From Octopus bimaculoides (lineage: Eukaryota), in assembly GCF_001194135.2 (NCBI RefSeq), contig NC_068990.1, positions 35,737,726-35,774,772 on the forward strand: a DNA stretch of 37,047 bases. Direction: 5' to 3'. A model generated the notes under the pieces. That model saw only the letters and a program-made list of their open reading frames with translations, was not told where the DNA came from and made no database searches. Positions 12,013 through 25,193 of this stretch are shown piece by piece. Position numbers and translations under genes: made by a program. The number at the start of each line of letters is the position of its first letter. Within the stretch, counting starts at the first letter, position 1.

Positions 12013-15000
12013 TGCCGAGCGGCCATTTTCTGTATGCGATCCTGGATATTGAGTGTATATAGAAGCAGCAGCGTTTCTGGTGCGATTTCAATAATACAAT
12101 ACAGGTCTCTGAAATAAAAGTTGAGTTTGTAGCTGTCACCATTTCTGCTATCAAATATTCCATTTCTTCTTAACTATGTGAATTAAACTGTATGAAGTAA
12201 TCATTCACTATATGACATTCATATTACTATATTCGTATAAATTCAAGTAATTTTCTAATTTGAATTATTTCCCCTTTGCTCATAATAACTTTTTGATTCA
12301 TTATATCATCTTAAACACGAGAATGGTTTTATGTCGATCATTTGAACATAATACGAAAGAATTTAAAATCACACATGGGCAATTTTGAAAGCGTAGAGGT
12401 TTGTGAATTTCTTGTGGTAATAGAGGTTATTTTCCACTTCAACACATTCGGCTGTAGATTGGATAGCATTGGTCTAGGTGTATATATCGATAAGTGTTGA
12501 TTGTTGTTGAAAATATTGAAAAGGTACAGACGACAGCCTAAAAACAAAGCTGTCATGATAATGGTTAGTGAAAGTTTATATCCAATGTTGCACCACATAC
12601 AAGAAAAATACCACTAATGTAAACTGACATTCATTTTCGGAATAAAAGACGGAATGGTCGTGGTTGGAACGTCTTTAATCTTAAGTTTTAAGTTGATTTT
12701 GTTATGGCTGGCCTGAATTCAACAAATGCAAGAAATAAAAATAACATTCGATAAATTCAACCTCATTGTAAGAATTCAAGCGAATGTAACGGCCATAGAC
12801 GGCTTTGACTTCACGCTTAACTTCACGTTAAAATCATACGAGCTCTTCAAGAGATCAAATGTAAAATCACACAAAGCAAGCATCATTAAGCACTAAAATA
12901 ATTAGCAATATAAAAAGCACTTTATCTTCAGACGAAGCTATCAGAGTAATAGACCGAGTGATATTAACATAAACACTGCAAAGTTAATATTAAGTACTCC
13001 GTACTAATAGGCTTAAACATTCGAGAAAGAGTAATTTAGTACCGTCCAACGCATTTCATCGATGGGAAAACCAATGTAGCGAGAATCGCCCTCTCTTTAA
13101 TGAAGACACATTTCCCGAATGGCAATAAATCTAGAAAAATCAATGTAAAATGAGGGAAAATAGAGTTCCCGTTACTCGAAATGGAAATATTTTGAGAAAT
13201 ACATAATTTATGACTGACGTCGTCACAAAATCTCCCCAAACAGATTTGTAAAGGAAACAGAGAGAATTCATTAAAATATTACCTGCTCCATCTCAAAAGC
13301 TTCTTACGTCACCTTCAATAAGAAGAAGTATAATTCCTTCCAAATATATTTGTAGTCCGTGAATTGAAAGAGCCAACACGAATATAATTAAAAGAGTTTA
13401 CCAATAGAGAGAGATAAGAAAACGTCAACGAATGGAAGGTATTACTGTTACTAAGGGTTGTTGTCATCTATTGAGATGTGATTGTATTCGATGACACCAA
13501 TATAATTATGAAAATCGAAGATAGGGAGAATTAATTTTTTAACGGAAAACGCATCAAGACAAATAGAAATTTCCACAATAGACAACTGAGAAAAATTTGT
13601 AGTTCCCCAGCATAAAAATGAGTGTATTAAGATATTATTCTCTCTAATTCAGGGAATTAATTGCGAGAAGGTTCTTTTCTGCGCGATGAGGCATATTGCT
13701 TCACTGCCAAACTGTAATATTACGAATTATTACACCACTCCCACTTCGTTTTTTTTTTACCCCTTGATCTTCTCGTCATCTACATCAAAAGAAAAACACA
13801 CGTACCGTGAATTCCTTCCATGCGGCAATTATTTTCCATCTATAAAGATGCTTCGTTTCATAAAATGTTAAATCAATGTCATATGCTATATCACGCAGAA
13901 GATGTCTGAAACGAATGATATAGTATAATACATGATAACCAGTGGCTACAAATTTGAAATAGTTTGTAGTAAATAATCACAAAGAAAACATTACACGTGT
14001 GTGTGTGTGTGTGTGTATCTATCTGTCTGTCTGTCATATATATATATATATACATGCATCTTTTTCATTATTCGTTAATTTGGGATTGAAATTTCTAATC
14101 CCGCCAAATGTTACGAAGACATGATTACCTCTCTTATAATAATTCTCTGCTAGGTGACATTTGTTTTTTTCTTTTAATTTGTAGCCAAGAAAATGTATTA
14201 ATACTCTAATTTATGTACTGAGTTCTATTTATACAGTTTATAATACCTACTATACATGCATATATGCACACACTTATACAGAAACATACATACATATATA
14301 ACGAGATATGGCTGAATGAAACAAATGAATAGTGAGAGCAATAAAGTAATGTATATTGTAATGTAGACTAAAGAAAAAGATATATGTTCTGAAAATATAT
14401 TGAATACAAGAAAAAAAGAAAACAAAAGCTCTCAGTATACAAACGTAGTGTAATATTTCTCACAGAATAATTATTTCAAAGGACCAGTATTTGTTTTATT
14501 ATATTTTACTTTTTTTTTGTATCGTTTATTTCATATTATTTCTTATGGATATACGAGAAGATTAAATAAATTGAATAAATTGGATAGTGGAATAAGAGGA
14601 TATCGTATTTCAGTTGTCTTCCTTGGCAACGACTCTAAAACTGAAACCAATTCCAGAAATTTTCTGAGACAATTCTACTTATTGCCTTTGATGATTGCCA
14701 TCATAATAAATGAACTCACGCAAACGGTTTCCTCGAAGTATTGTATCAGTTATTAACGAGCTTCGAAAGAAATAGAAGTAGCATTCTTACTTTCAGCGCA
14801 TTCTAACCATTATTTACATATTAAGTTTAATGTCGTTTGGCAATATTATTCTATGACTAATATGAAATGTTTAAATCTTCTTCACGAGAGTCGTTAACAC
14901 TTTAAGACTCCAGTTGCATATGTTTTTTTTTATTTTATATTACTTGAAATTATTGAAGTAACTTTACAATTTTACTCCTCTCACCATGTCAATATTATGT

Positions 15001-16144
15001 GTATATACAGACGCACACAAGCAAAGACATATACTCGTACGTAGATACATACGTACGTACATACAAGCATGCTTGCATATGCATATATATACAAAATTCA
15101 TGAACATACATATTTATGTNNNNNNNNNNNNNNNNNNNNNNNNNNNNNNNNNNNNNNNNNNNNNNNNNNNNNNNNNNNNNNNNTATATATATGTATATAT
15201 ATGTAAATATGTATGTATGCATATATATATGCCTAGATGCATGCATACATACGAATAGATGTGTATACATACATAGGTATGGTTGTCTCCTGTATCCACC
15301 TCGGATTCCTGAGACATGCAACGTTAGTGTTTCCACGAACGCGTCGTCTCAGAACAAGCTACGGGGTTATTGGTGTTTGTACCTGCCTTGAGGGCAGACT
15401 GGAATATAGGCTTCAGCGACTCCCTCTACCTAATCTACGAACGTGTCTCTTCTTAACTTGTGAAAGGGATGATGTGGTATGGCTGTTCTTCTGAACGCTT
15501 TAATATTGCAATTTTTTTTGTTGTCTTATTCGCCCCATGCATCAAGCTGTTACTCTCATTTCACGCAAATGCGAGTATCAGAACATAATAAATCTGTGTG
15601 TGTGTGTGTGTGTATATATATATGTGTCAGTGTTTGTGTAATTATGTATGCATGGGTATGTGCAAATTGTTATACTATCAAGAAGCAGTGAGCTATCTTG
15701 ATGCATGTAAGAGTAGAATATTTCGTTTATGCTGAGTATATCACAATAATAGATACGTCAGTTTCCATTGTTATTCACTCTGACTCATGCTTAGATGACT
15801 TCATGTTGCATGTATGATCATGAGAACATTGATCTTTCCACATGACCCTATATTCTATGTTTAGCCAGGAAGCGAAGCAGTGTTCCTGACAATTAACTGA
15901 GTAGTGGGAAGGAAGAAGGTATTTTCAAACGTTGCAAGCATTCCAACTGGGTAGAACTGGTTGGAATAAATGCTTGCAACAGGATTCCGATAAATGCATT
16001 TAATGCTCCACATGGTGGTGTTACACCAAGCGACATATTCGTTTCAACTGACAAATAGGTGATGTTCATTAGTTCTGACGACAAAAATCACATTGTGTGT
16101 GTGGGAGGGGTATACATACATACATATATATATAGATATAGATC

Positions 16145-16479
16145 TCTCGCGCCATTTTCTACCGGCCACTCTTTGCAACATTTGTCCGTGTTGGGATTGT
16201 CTTTGCACAGGGCCCTCCGGACTCTCGTTTTCGCCGTGAACAGGGATTAATCTTCTCTCTCCGCGCATTTGTGCCACATGGGCTCAAATCTCCTCTCCTC
16301 ACTTCTCTCTCCCTCACACCTAGTTCCTCCCACCCACCTCTCCTCTCTTGCTCCGACTCCGTCTTCTCTAAACTCCTACTCTCCTTCTCTCTTCTCATCA
16401 CTCCTTCCCCTTCATCGTCACTCCTCCCTAGTAACCCAATCCCACCCCTAAACATTCCAACCCAAGCTTCCCTATCCAC
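16145..16479 (+). promoter_or_regulatory. Possible TSS / first-exon region (CpG-rich patch, GCCATTTT, polypyrimidine tract, donor site)
   Basis: About 10 CpGs in 16147-16270 against an AT-rich background, YY1-like GCCATTTT at 16151-16158, a C/T-rich tract ~16287-16470, and donor-like CAC|gtaagg at 16479/16480. Confidence 0.25.
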
Positions 16480-17769
16480 GTAAGGGAATAACAAACAGAA
16501 TGTATTAGTTTGACGCCCAGGAATAAAGATAAAGAACTTTGATGTTTAAAACCTATGCTCTTGAACAGAAAGGGACGAAAACAGATGGAGAGAGGAAAAA
16601 TATGGAGAGAATAGAACGTGTCACGATAAATATAATCAATGTGAAATATAATCAATGTGAAATGAAATGAAATGTATATTCATTAAAGCTCTTTTGGCTG
16701 TAAAACATAACTAAGATATATGCAAAATGAAACGCCTATACTCATATCGGTGTATACGTGTGATTATATATGTGAGTATGTATGTTTAGATAAATATACG
16801 TATACAGCTTGCGCATTGCGAGACTAATAACCTGGTGTAGAACTCAATGTATGTATGTTTCATAGCCAAAGCACCGATGAAGTTATAAGGTGTTACTCAG
16901 GCACTCAAGTATGAGTCCACTGGACCTTGTAACAGAAAGAACTGTAACCTAATGAAGTTCAGAAGATAATCTTTTATTCCAATGTCATCTCATTTCCACA
17001 CACACACACACACACACACGTACACAGTGGCAAATAGATTGATATATCAGTAAACACATTTACGTATGTGTAAGTGTATTCAAACATATGTCGATCTATG
17101 TGTATAACATTTTATATATATGAATGGCATCATATACATCTGCGTGCGTTGTGTGCCAGTCGAAGTGGAAATGCGAGTATGCACAAGCGTGCGAATATGT
17201 TTGTGTTTGCGCATACAGGAAGAGTGTCTCATACACATATACATATCGGAAGAAAGGGGTTGAGAGATAACGTTGGCGCGCATAATTGATGTGTATATAT
17301 CATCATCAAAATATTTTATTTGCTGAGTTAAAAGCAATACGGTGTGAAAATTTAAGCCCATCATTTGAAATAAGGCATCAAATTTTATGGCTCGGTGAAA
17401 TCGTTTCACTAACTTTGATGTTTACTCAAAGATTAACACGAACGTTTTGATACGATATCACATCAATGTAAAAGTTTTTAGCAGGAGGGTGTGTTTCGCT
17501 TATTAGATTTTTCAATTCGGTAGTTAATCTTGTTTTATTAATGGTGACTATCACGCTTATAACGTCGGTCGTTCGGTGAGAAATTATAGATTTCTCTTTG
17601 TAGTTGCGAGTGGTGGAATGATAATCGATGTGGGTAGACCTGTAATATTTAAGTCTTTATTAGATGATCAACAAGTGTGAGGTGTTAATGCCATAGTAAC
17701 TTAAGCAGAATTCTCTGATGGCGATTGATTCATTAGTAAAGATGGCAAGATCCATTGCGTTTGCTTGTA

Positions 17770-17770
17770 C

Positions 17771-17823
<53 letters not shown>

Positions 17824-17826
17824 CAT
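17770..17826. repeat. (GT)n microsatellite
   Basis: Direct reading. Confidence 0.95.
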
Positions 17827-18010
17827 GTGTGTTTATGTTTGCGTATACACATAACGTTAGAATGGAAGCGTAAGTAAATGTTACGATTAATTAAACCAGT
17901 ATACACGCGTAAACACTTCCATACATACAAGCATACATACATGAAAATAAATACACATACCCACATACATATACTTATATATGAGTGCGTGAGTATATAA
18001 TGTATATATA

Positions 18011-18060
<50 letters not shown>

Positions 18061-20331
18061 NNNNNNNNNNNNNNNNNNNNNNNNNNNNNNNNNNNNNNNN
18101 NNNNNNNNNNNNNNNNNNNNNNNNNNNNNNNNNNNNNNNNNNNNNNNNNNNNNNNNNNNNNNNNNNNNNNNNNNNNNNNNNNNNNNNNNNNNNNNNNNNN
18201 NNNNNNNNNNNNNNNNNNNNNNNNNNNNNNNNNNNNNNNNNNNNNNNNNNNNNNNNNNNNNNNNNNNNNNNNNNNNNNNNNNNNNNNNNNNNNNNNNNNN
18301 NNNNNNTGTATGTATGTATGTAATAACATCATTACACTCACTAAAAGAGAACGTTCTGACATAGTCACATAGGCTTTGATATAGAGTTATGATTTATGGC
18401 ATGTTTTACTATAGGTAGGGATTTGGGATTGGTGAAATACATGCAAATTTGGCTATGATAACTGATAAACGTACAAGATAATTCCTGTAAAGGATTCGTT
18501 TAAAAGACCCTGCATCGTCAAGCCTTATGAACCCCATCATACATTCTGTACGTAACTCATGATCATCACTGCTCAAAGCTTTTTCAAACAGTTATCTCAT
18601 TTACGTATCTTGTCATGCTTCAAGCAAATTACAATCCGCTGTGATCTCCATAATTAACCAGGCTGCCTATTAATTTTTTTAAACGGTGCTTCAAATGCCA
18701 TCTCATCATTAATTGTGACATCGATTTACACCTACACTTCCAATCAACCAGATTGAAAACAATACAGGTTTTGCATTTATAAAGTTCTAGAACTCCTACA
18801 GCACCAACTTCACCTACACTTCTTACTGACCTCAGATTTAACACTTCTACTTTCCTCAATCACAGTTACACAAGTACACGATTTGATAAGAAATGTCACG
18901 GATTGAACGTAAATATTTCTAGATCGGTAACCAGCGCTGTTCCCACCCGGATTTTTATAACTCTTCTAATTCTGATGCTAATAATAAAATGAAACACTGT
19001 CCCACATAATCGGACATCATCACCCAGTAACTTTTTGCAACAGACTTAACTGGATCCTTCTCTCTCTGTGAACTCGAGCTTCTTAACTCATCAAATTCAT
19101 CCTAACATAAAGGATATATGGCAAACCGATGTTTGCCAACTAATTCTTGGTGTACAACCTTGCAATCTCTAACAATCACCGCATCATTACAATCACCAGC
19201 ACTAGTTCTATTAGGTTGTCAAGTATGAAATTTGTAGAAAAGAAAAAAAGTTTGCTAATGTTTTATAAATACAAGGAATAGTTTTATTCATCAAAGTAGG
19301 AACCCATTTTGTCAATACACTTTTGCCAATTCAGCGCTAGCTTGTGCAGCCCGGAATTGTAAAAGCCTGGCAATCTAGAGTCAATAAAAGTTTGGAAGAC
19401 CTGTTTTACAGCATCGTCGGAATTAAATGTTTTCCTATCAAAAAGTTATCCAAATTCAGGAAGAAGTGGTAGTCAATGAGGGCAAGATCAGGTGAGGATG
19501 GTGGATGACTATTCATGACCGAAGGGATTCTTTTTCTCTTACATTGTCAGAGACAAATTAATTTGCTTTGCAGCTTGTGTAAGGCATTAGAAAAAAAATA
19601 TCTGCTAAATGCAGTGGTCACTATATAGTAGCATAATCAGAAAACTTCACACCCAGCTTAAGGTACGTCTACACTCCCACGTTTCCTCAGATAAGAAGCA
19701 CTTCCATGCATCTTGCAACAGGAAAATAAGAATATCTTTCTCAGTCGGCTACTCTCACTAAACCGCAGAATTTAAAAGCAGAAGAGAAAGGAATTGTTCG
19801 AAGCAGCTTTTCTAACTGCCTCACTGCACCTACTTTACATATATTTTCCTTTTACCAACTTCCTTCATTTTGTGTCACATCACTACGTATTTTATCACAC
19901 CTTACTACAACCAGTAAGATTTGAAAAAGAAATTCTCGAAATACATGGCTTACTTACGGAATAACCTTAACTTATAATTAAACCATTGCTTAGTTGCTGA
20001 ATTTTAGTAATTGTTCATAACCAATCATGATTATAAAGAAAATAATCCATTCACAATTGTTGTTACAATACTCTGGAATAGCCAGTTGGCAACAACATAT
20101 ATTTTCGAAATCTATTATTTTCTTTCTTCTGTTTGAAAAACGGTAGTTTTCCCGAAACATCACGGTATAATAATACTACCTATCTAAGGTAGTACAATAC
20201 CTTTTATCTTGCTTTTATCATTGACTATTAACATCACTATATTTTGAATAATTCATCGCCTATATTGCTCGTAAGTACTTATCTCATTCACAATCGTACC
20301 GACGCTTCAAGCAAATTACAATACTGCTATA

Positions 20332-20332
<1 letters not shown>

Positions 20333-20368
<36 letters not shown>

Positions 20369-20406
20369 ACACATACACACACACACACAAACACACACAC
20401 ACATAC

Positions 20407-20451
<45 letters not shown>

Positions 20452-20533
20452 AACATACATATATGGTGAGAGGGAGAGAGAGAGGGAGATAGAGAAGGGA
20501 AGAGAAAAAGATAGATACATGCATAATACACAC

Positions 20534-20622
<89 letters not shown>
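20333..20622. repeat. Compound (CA)n / (GA)n / (TA)n microsatellite cluster
   Basis: Direct reading. Confidence 0.95.
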
Positions 20623-20624
<2 letters not shown>

Positions 20625-20867
20625 TATGTGTGTGTATGAGTGCGCGCGTGTGTGTCTGTGTATGTTTGAATGTATATATACACGCATAAACATGCGTATG
20701 ACTGTGTATGTATAGAAACTTAGTAACAGATAACATCTGAATTATACATACGTCTGCGGTAATTTTCTTTATCCTAGGGTAGTTCTTAAGATAACAAGGT
20801 TATTTTACTTTTGGGAGGAACTAATGCTTCTAGCAGAGTAAAATATATCGTGATTTTTCTTTTGCAG

Positions 20868-20905
20868 AGTCGTCATCTTTCAACTGTCGAATTTGTTGCC
20901 CTTAG
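20868..20905 (+). CDS. Candidate internal exon A (38 nt, phase 2->1): VVIFQLSNLLPL
   Basis: Acceptor tgatttttcttttgcag|, donor TAG|gtgaaa. Frame-compatible with exon B. Splice-site prediction by eye only. Confidence 0.35.
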
Positions 20906-21065
20906 GTGAAAGAAGAAACTGCAATCAAAATAATACTTCACACACGCACACGTTCACACATGTCTCTATATTTTCTATATACATCTCTGTACGCAGTGTT
21001 TCGTGTGTATGCTGTATTTATGTTCCACGTATGCATATAGGTCTACATGCATCTACGTATGCATG

Positions 21066-21101
<36 letters not shown>

Positions 21102-21123
21102 GATCTATCTATCTATCTATCTA

Positions 21124-21182
<59 letters not shown>

Positions 21183-21220
21183 GTATGTATGTATATATGT
21201 ATGTATGTATGTATGTATGC
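21066..21220. repeat. Compound (TATC)n-(TA)n-(TATG)n array
   Basis: Direct reading. Confidence 0.95.
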
Positions 21221-21624
21221 ATATATGAGCATATGAGATTGTTTGCATTTGCTAACTATGGAGGCGGAGATTCTGTGTGAAAAAAGAAAGAAAAAAGAGA
21301 AGTGTGCACAGACGGATGCTTCGTCATGGAGAGAATTAATTCAGATTAGCGCTGATGCCAATTTCAGTAGAGAATCCATGTTGTTGTCATGTATATGATC
21401 AATCACGGTGGTGATACATATATTTTGGCGTCAACAATCAAACCTAAAGGGAAATTAAAGAATCCAATCAATCATGTGTGCTATTTGTTACGAAGCAGAC
21501 GACACCATACATTATCATATCAATATCATTTTGATGGTTGCTAAAACTTTAGCGAAGGAACACTATATATATTATACTCACGCACATAAACTTATTTGTA
21601 TACATATATGCGTACTTATATATG

Positions 21625-21629
<5 letters not shown>

Positions 21630-21658
<29 letters not shown>

Positions 21659-21689
21659 AACAGAGAGAGAGAAAGATTCACAGACACAC

Positions 21690-21765
<76 letters not shown>

Positions 21766-21830
21766 GCACATGTGTGTGTGTGTATGTGTGTGTGTGTGGC
21801 GTGTGCGTGTGTGTGCGCATGTGTGTGTAT
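21630..21830. repeat. Compound (TG)n-(CA)n-(TA)n-(TG)n array
   Basis: Direct reading. Confidence 0.95.
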
Positions 21831-21847
21831 GTCTGTCTTTTATTCAG

Positions 21848-21881
21848 CTACAATTTCGGCCTTGCAAATAGCAGTCCACCG
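21848..21881 (+). CDS. Candidate internal exon B (34 nt, phase 1->2): (A)TISALQIAVH(R)
   Basis: Acceptor gtctgtcttttattcag|, donor CCG|gtgagt (near consensus). Frame-compatible with A and C. Confidence 0.45.
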
Positions 21882-22269
21882 GTGAGTATAATGTGCAACA
21901 ATACGTTGTTGTTTGATATGTTTCAATGCAGAAGGGAATTAATATTCTTAACTTCAGCGGGAACTTCTGTCGTTCGTCGGTAATGGTTTTGGCGACTGGT
22001 AGAGGCTGATTCTGAGATGGAAAACTCTTTTCAACAAGTTTTCTTCTTTCTCAAGCCATACGTACACACATATGCCGCACGTACACACACACACACACAC
22101 ACACACACGCACGCACACATACACACACACACAAAATCCAACACACAATGAGCAATCCCACAGATGCATATATGTGTGTGTGTGTGTGTGTGCGTACCTG
22201 TGAGTGTCCGTGTATGCTATGATACATATATGTATGCTTATTTATATGTGCCTGTATATGTATACATAT

Positions 22270-24858
22270 TGTGCTGGAAAGTTTCAAAGGATGGTGACGC
22301 CCCCGCCATTTACTACATCTTCTGGATGGTGCCTGTATCACTTATCACAGGATTTAATTTTGCATTATTTACAAGCATTCCAGTGGGTTTACTGCTCTAG
22401 TCTATCATGTCTTATGAGGTACTCCTTTTCAGCGAGGACTGGTCAGTCAGAAATAACTGGACAATTGTCTTTGTGAATTTTCCGCTAATTCTCCACGGAG
22501 GGTCAGATCCATCTTTAAGGACGTTTGCATGGTTGCTTCTATAGGTAAGCTCTGATCTTGCGCTGCAATAACAATACCTTCTGTTTCTCCATTCAAACCT
22601 GTCCCTTGTAGCTATTGGTGTGTCAGATTTTGTATCAACATCTGGCTTGGACAGGCCGTAAGGGTATTTTGCATGCGGGAATTTACCTTTCCAATTGTCT
22701 TCGATATTATTGATGCAAGCAGCGAGCTGGCAGAAACGTTAGCACGCCTGACGAAATGCGTTGCGGTATTTCGTCTGTCTTTATGTTCTGAGTTCAAATC
22801 CGCCGAGGTCGACTTTGTCTTTCATTCTTTCGGGGGTCGATTAAATAAGTACCAGTTACACACTAGGGTAGATGTAATCGACTTAATCTTTGTCTCTCCC
22901 TGTTTGTCCCCTCTATGTTTATCCCCCTGAGGGCAATAAATAAAAATATATATTATTGATGCAATCATTTTCGCTTTTCTTTGATGTTTTTGGCATCAAT
23001 GATAGGTCAGTGACTATTCGGATCACTTTGGTCGTTCTGGTTGTTAATTTCTAAATCAGGAGAAGTAATGGTAGGTCTGTCAGTATTTGTGTGTCTTTGG
23101 TCAATCTTATTATTAACTTGTAGACCAAGAGAAGTTCTAATTTCCTGACTAAGCTTCATGGCTGAAGCTTGCTTGGAATCTTCATGCCTCAGTGTAGTTC
23201 GTAAGAGCACATCACTTGTTGTATTAAGGTACGTTTCAAGACTTATTATTGATGAGTTGAAGGATTGTTGGAGCTGTATCACGCCTCTTCCACCTATTTA
23301 TCTTAGGAGATAAATCCTGTCTACATCTGATTTCGGATGGTGCATTCGGTACTTTGTAAAGATTTTGCGGATCTTTCCATCCGCATTCTGCATGTCAGTG
23401 AGACTCCACTTAATGATACCGAACCTATATGTGTTTATTGGTATGGCCAAAGAATTGATCGCATTAATTCCATTAGCAGCATTTAATTTTGTGTTTAGGA
23501 CCATTGTTACCCTTTGGTAGCATTCCTTGCGGATTTTCTCTTTCATTTTAGAGTGCTGGATACCATCCCCTTCGTTGGTACCTAGACATTTCTATACTAC
23601 GGATTGGTCTAGGTTTCGAATAGCTGTGGTGGTATCAAGTTCTATGTTTTCTGCCTTTATTAATTTCCCTGCCTTGAACGTAGCCTTTGCACATTTATCA
23701 AATCCGAATTCCATACATATATCAGAGCTGAATTCTTTGACAATATTTTCAAATTCTTTGTCGATTTTGGTAAGCAGTTTTAGATCACTCATATAGAGTA
23801 GGCGATTACTATTTCTTAGCATTATTCAGTCGGGTGGGTAAAAGGAACAGAGCAAGGCAGAATAGTAATGGTGATAATGAGTCACCTTGAAAGATACCAC
23901 AGGCAATATTGATGTCTACTGAGGTAATATATCCTTGTGAATGGTTTAAAATCAAGGTGGTTCTCCACGACATCATGATAATTTTCAAAAAGTTCACAAT
24001 TTTTTTAACTATCTTGTAAATTTCCAGGGCCTTGATGATCCATGCCATGGGGGACACTGTCAAAAGCCTTCTTGTAATCTATCCAGTAGTGCTAAGATTT
24101 CTGTGTGGATTTGCAAGTTTCAATGACCATATTATCAATCAGTAATTGGTCTTTACATCCATTTGAGCTCATTTTACATCTCTTTTGTTCCACTGAGAAT
24201 AACTCCTTATAGTCCAAGAATTCATATGCTCTGTTCGCTATTATAGATATTGATAGTTTATATATGTTGGTGAGGCATGTTATAGGTTGGTATTTTGTGG
24301 GGTTAGTAGTTACTTCTGATTTTGGTAAGAGATACGTGATCTCTGCTGTAAGCCAGTATGGGGGCTTTCGCAGGTTGGACATGGCTTCATTGAGTGCTAC
24401 AGCTAAGCTGTGGTGAGTACTCATTAAAGCGTTTAGCCAAAAATTTGGAATCCTATCTATACCTGGTGGGGGGTCCATTTCTTTGACTTGGCGAGCGCCG
24501 CTTTCACTTCTTTAGTTGTTATATCTTGCCATTCTTGATATTTGGGTAAGGCATTGGCCTCTTCCATGTCCTTGACCCAATGTGCACTCTGATTGAACTC
24601 CTTTGGACTACTCCAGTTGTTTCTCCAAAAAGTTTCAATTTACTGCTGGGGAGGAGGTGTTTTCACAATAATGGTATTTTTCCTCAGTTCCCTGTAGATT
24701 AGTTTGTGTTCTTCTTGAATAGTATGTTACGTCTATGGAATGCTGAGCGTCTTTTGTATCTTGCCAGTCGTTTGGTTTTTTATTGTAACTTTTGTTTGAG
24801 GATTTCAAACTATGTATCCTTTGTTGTCTTGTAAAGGTCACGGTTAGCAATTATTCTT
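22270..24858 (-). mobile_element. Decayed R4/Dong-clade non-LTR retrotransposon (RT plus CCHC region), 5'-truncated, RLE domain missing
   Basis: Minus-strand fragments: FWRNNWSSPKEFN..A.W, PGIDRIPNFWL, PITCL.NIYKL, KDQLLID, WI/VDYKKAFD-like region, GIFQGDSLSPLLFCLAL, RLLYMSDLKL (YMDD degenerate), MEFGFDKCA, HHPKSDVDRIYL, GLNGETEGIVIAAQDQSL, WNACK...K*YRHHPEDVV...VTIL*NFP. These motifs fit R4/Dong-type RLE LINEs. Many stops and frameshifts. Confidence 0.88.
22719..22949 (+). mobile_element. tRNA-derived SINE nested in the LINE, with 15-bp TSD
   Basis: A-box-like TGGCAGAAACGTTAG, B-box GAGTTCAAATCC, central GTCGACTTTGTCTTTCATTCTTTCGGGGTCGATTAAATAAGTACCAG, A-rich tail. Identical ATATTATTGATGCAA at 22704-22718 and 22950-22964. 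Homologous to the copy at 33976. Confidence 0.93.
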
Positions 24859-24865
24859 ATTAGTT

Positions 24866-24951
24866 TTGTTGTTGTTGTTATTGTTGCTGTTGTTGTTGTT
24901 GTTGCTGTTGTTGATGGTGTTGTTGTTGTTGTTGTTCTTCTTCTTCTTCTT

Positions 24952-25049
<98 letters not shown>

Positions 25050-25056
25050 CATTATT
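24866..25056. repeat. Compound (GTT)n-(CTT)n-(ATT)n array at the 5' junction of the R4/Dong LINE
   Basis: Direct reading. Confidence 0.97.
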
Positions 25057-25104
25057 GTGTTATTTAATACTGTCCCTTATTTCCCTAAGTACTTTGGCTT
25101 TTAG

Positions 25105-25193
25105 CACCCATCACGGGTTATTTAAGATCAGTCATTTGCTTGAACCGATTCAATATTCTAAAGGACATCTGAAGGATTATCATCTGAACGTAG
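25105..25193 (+). CDS. Candidate internal exon C (89 nt, phase 2->1): THHGLFKISHLLEPIQYSKGHLKDYHLNV
   Basis: Acceptor tactttggcttttag|, donor TAG|gtaagt (consensus). Only one of three frames is open, and it is the one joining B and D. Confidence 0.45.

Noticed and set aside
15237-15494. GC-richer block with overlapping ORFs
   Set aside because: ORF starts lie in simple repeat, with no recognisable motif or convincing splice pair.
16628-16659. 16-bp tandem duplication AAATATAATCAATGTG x2
   Set aside because: Ordinary local slippage.
18400-18900. Minus ORF 18629-18859 as an RTE-LINE C-terminus
   Set aside because: Only a vague RW..H resemblance; no diagnostic motif.
18932-19409. Possible hAT-like TIR pair (CAGCGCTGTTCCC / reverse CAGGTCTTCCAAA)
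   Set aside because: Arms match poorly and no 8-bp TSD is evident.
19460-19491. Phase-compatible upstream exon EEVVVNEGKI(R) with donor CAG|gtgagg
   Set aside because: Acceptor lacks a pyrimidine tract and the peptide is not S4/S4-S5-linker-like. Too weak to list.
20868-21881. Alternative A+B reading SRHLSTVEFVALSYNFGLANSSPP
   Set aside because: Also open, but ends in phase 0 and cannot join exon C at its strong acceptor. Not excluded if another exon or acceptor is used.
20244-22476. YI/CV/HT-repeat ORFs
   Set aside because: Translations of (TA)n, (TG)n and (CA)n arrays.
21875-25150. HRTHH...HLLE in the spliced peptide as a fatty-acid hydroxylase/desaturase His box
   Set aside because: The motif spans a predicted junction, the preceding HxxxH box is absent and the spacing to HPxE is too short. 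Kept only as an alternative to test.
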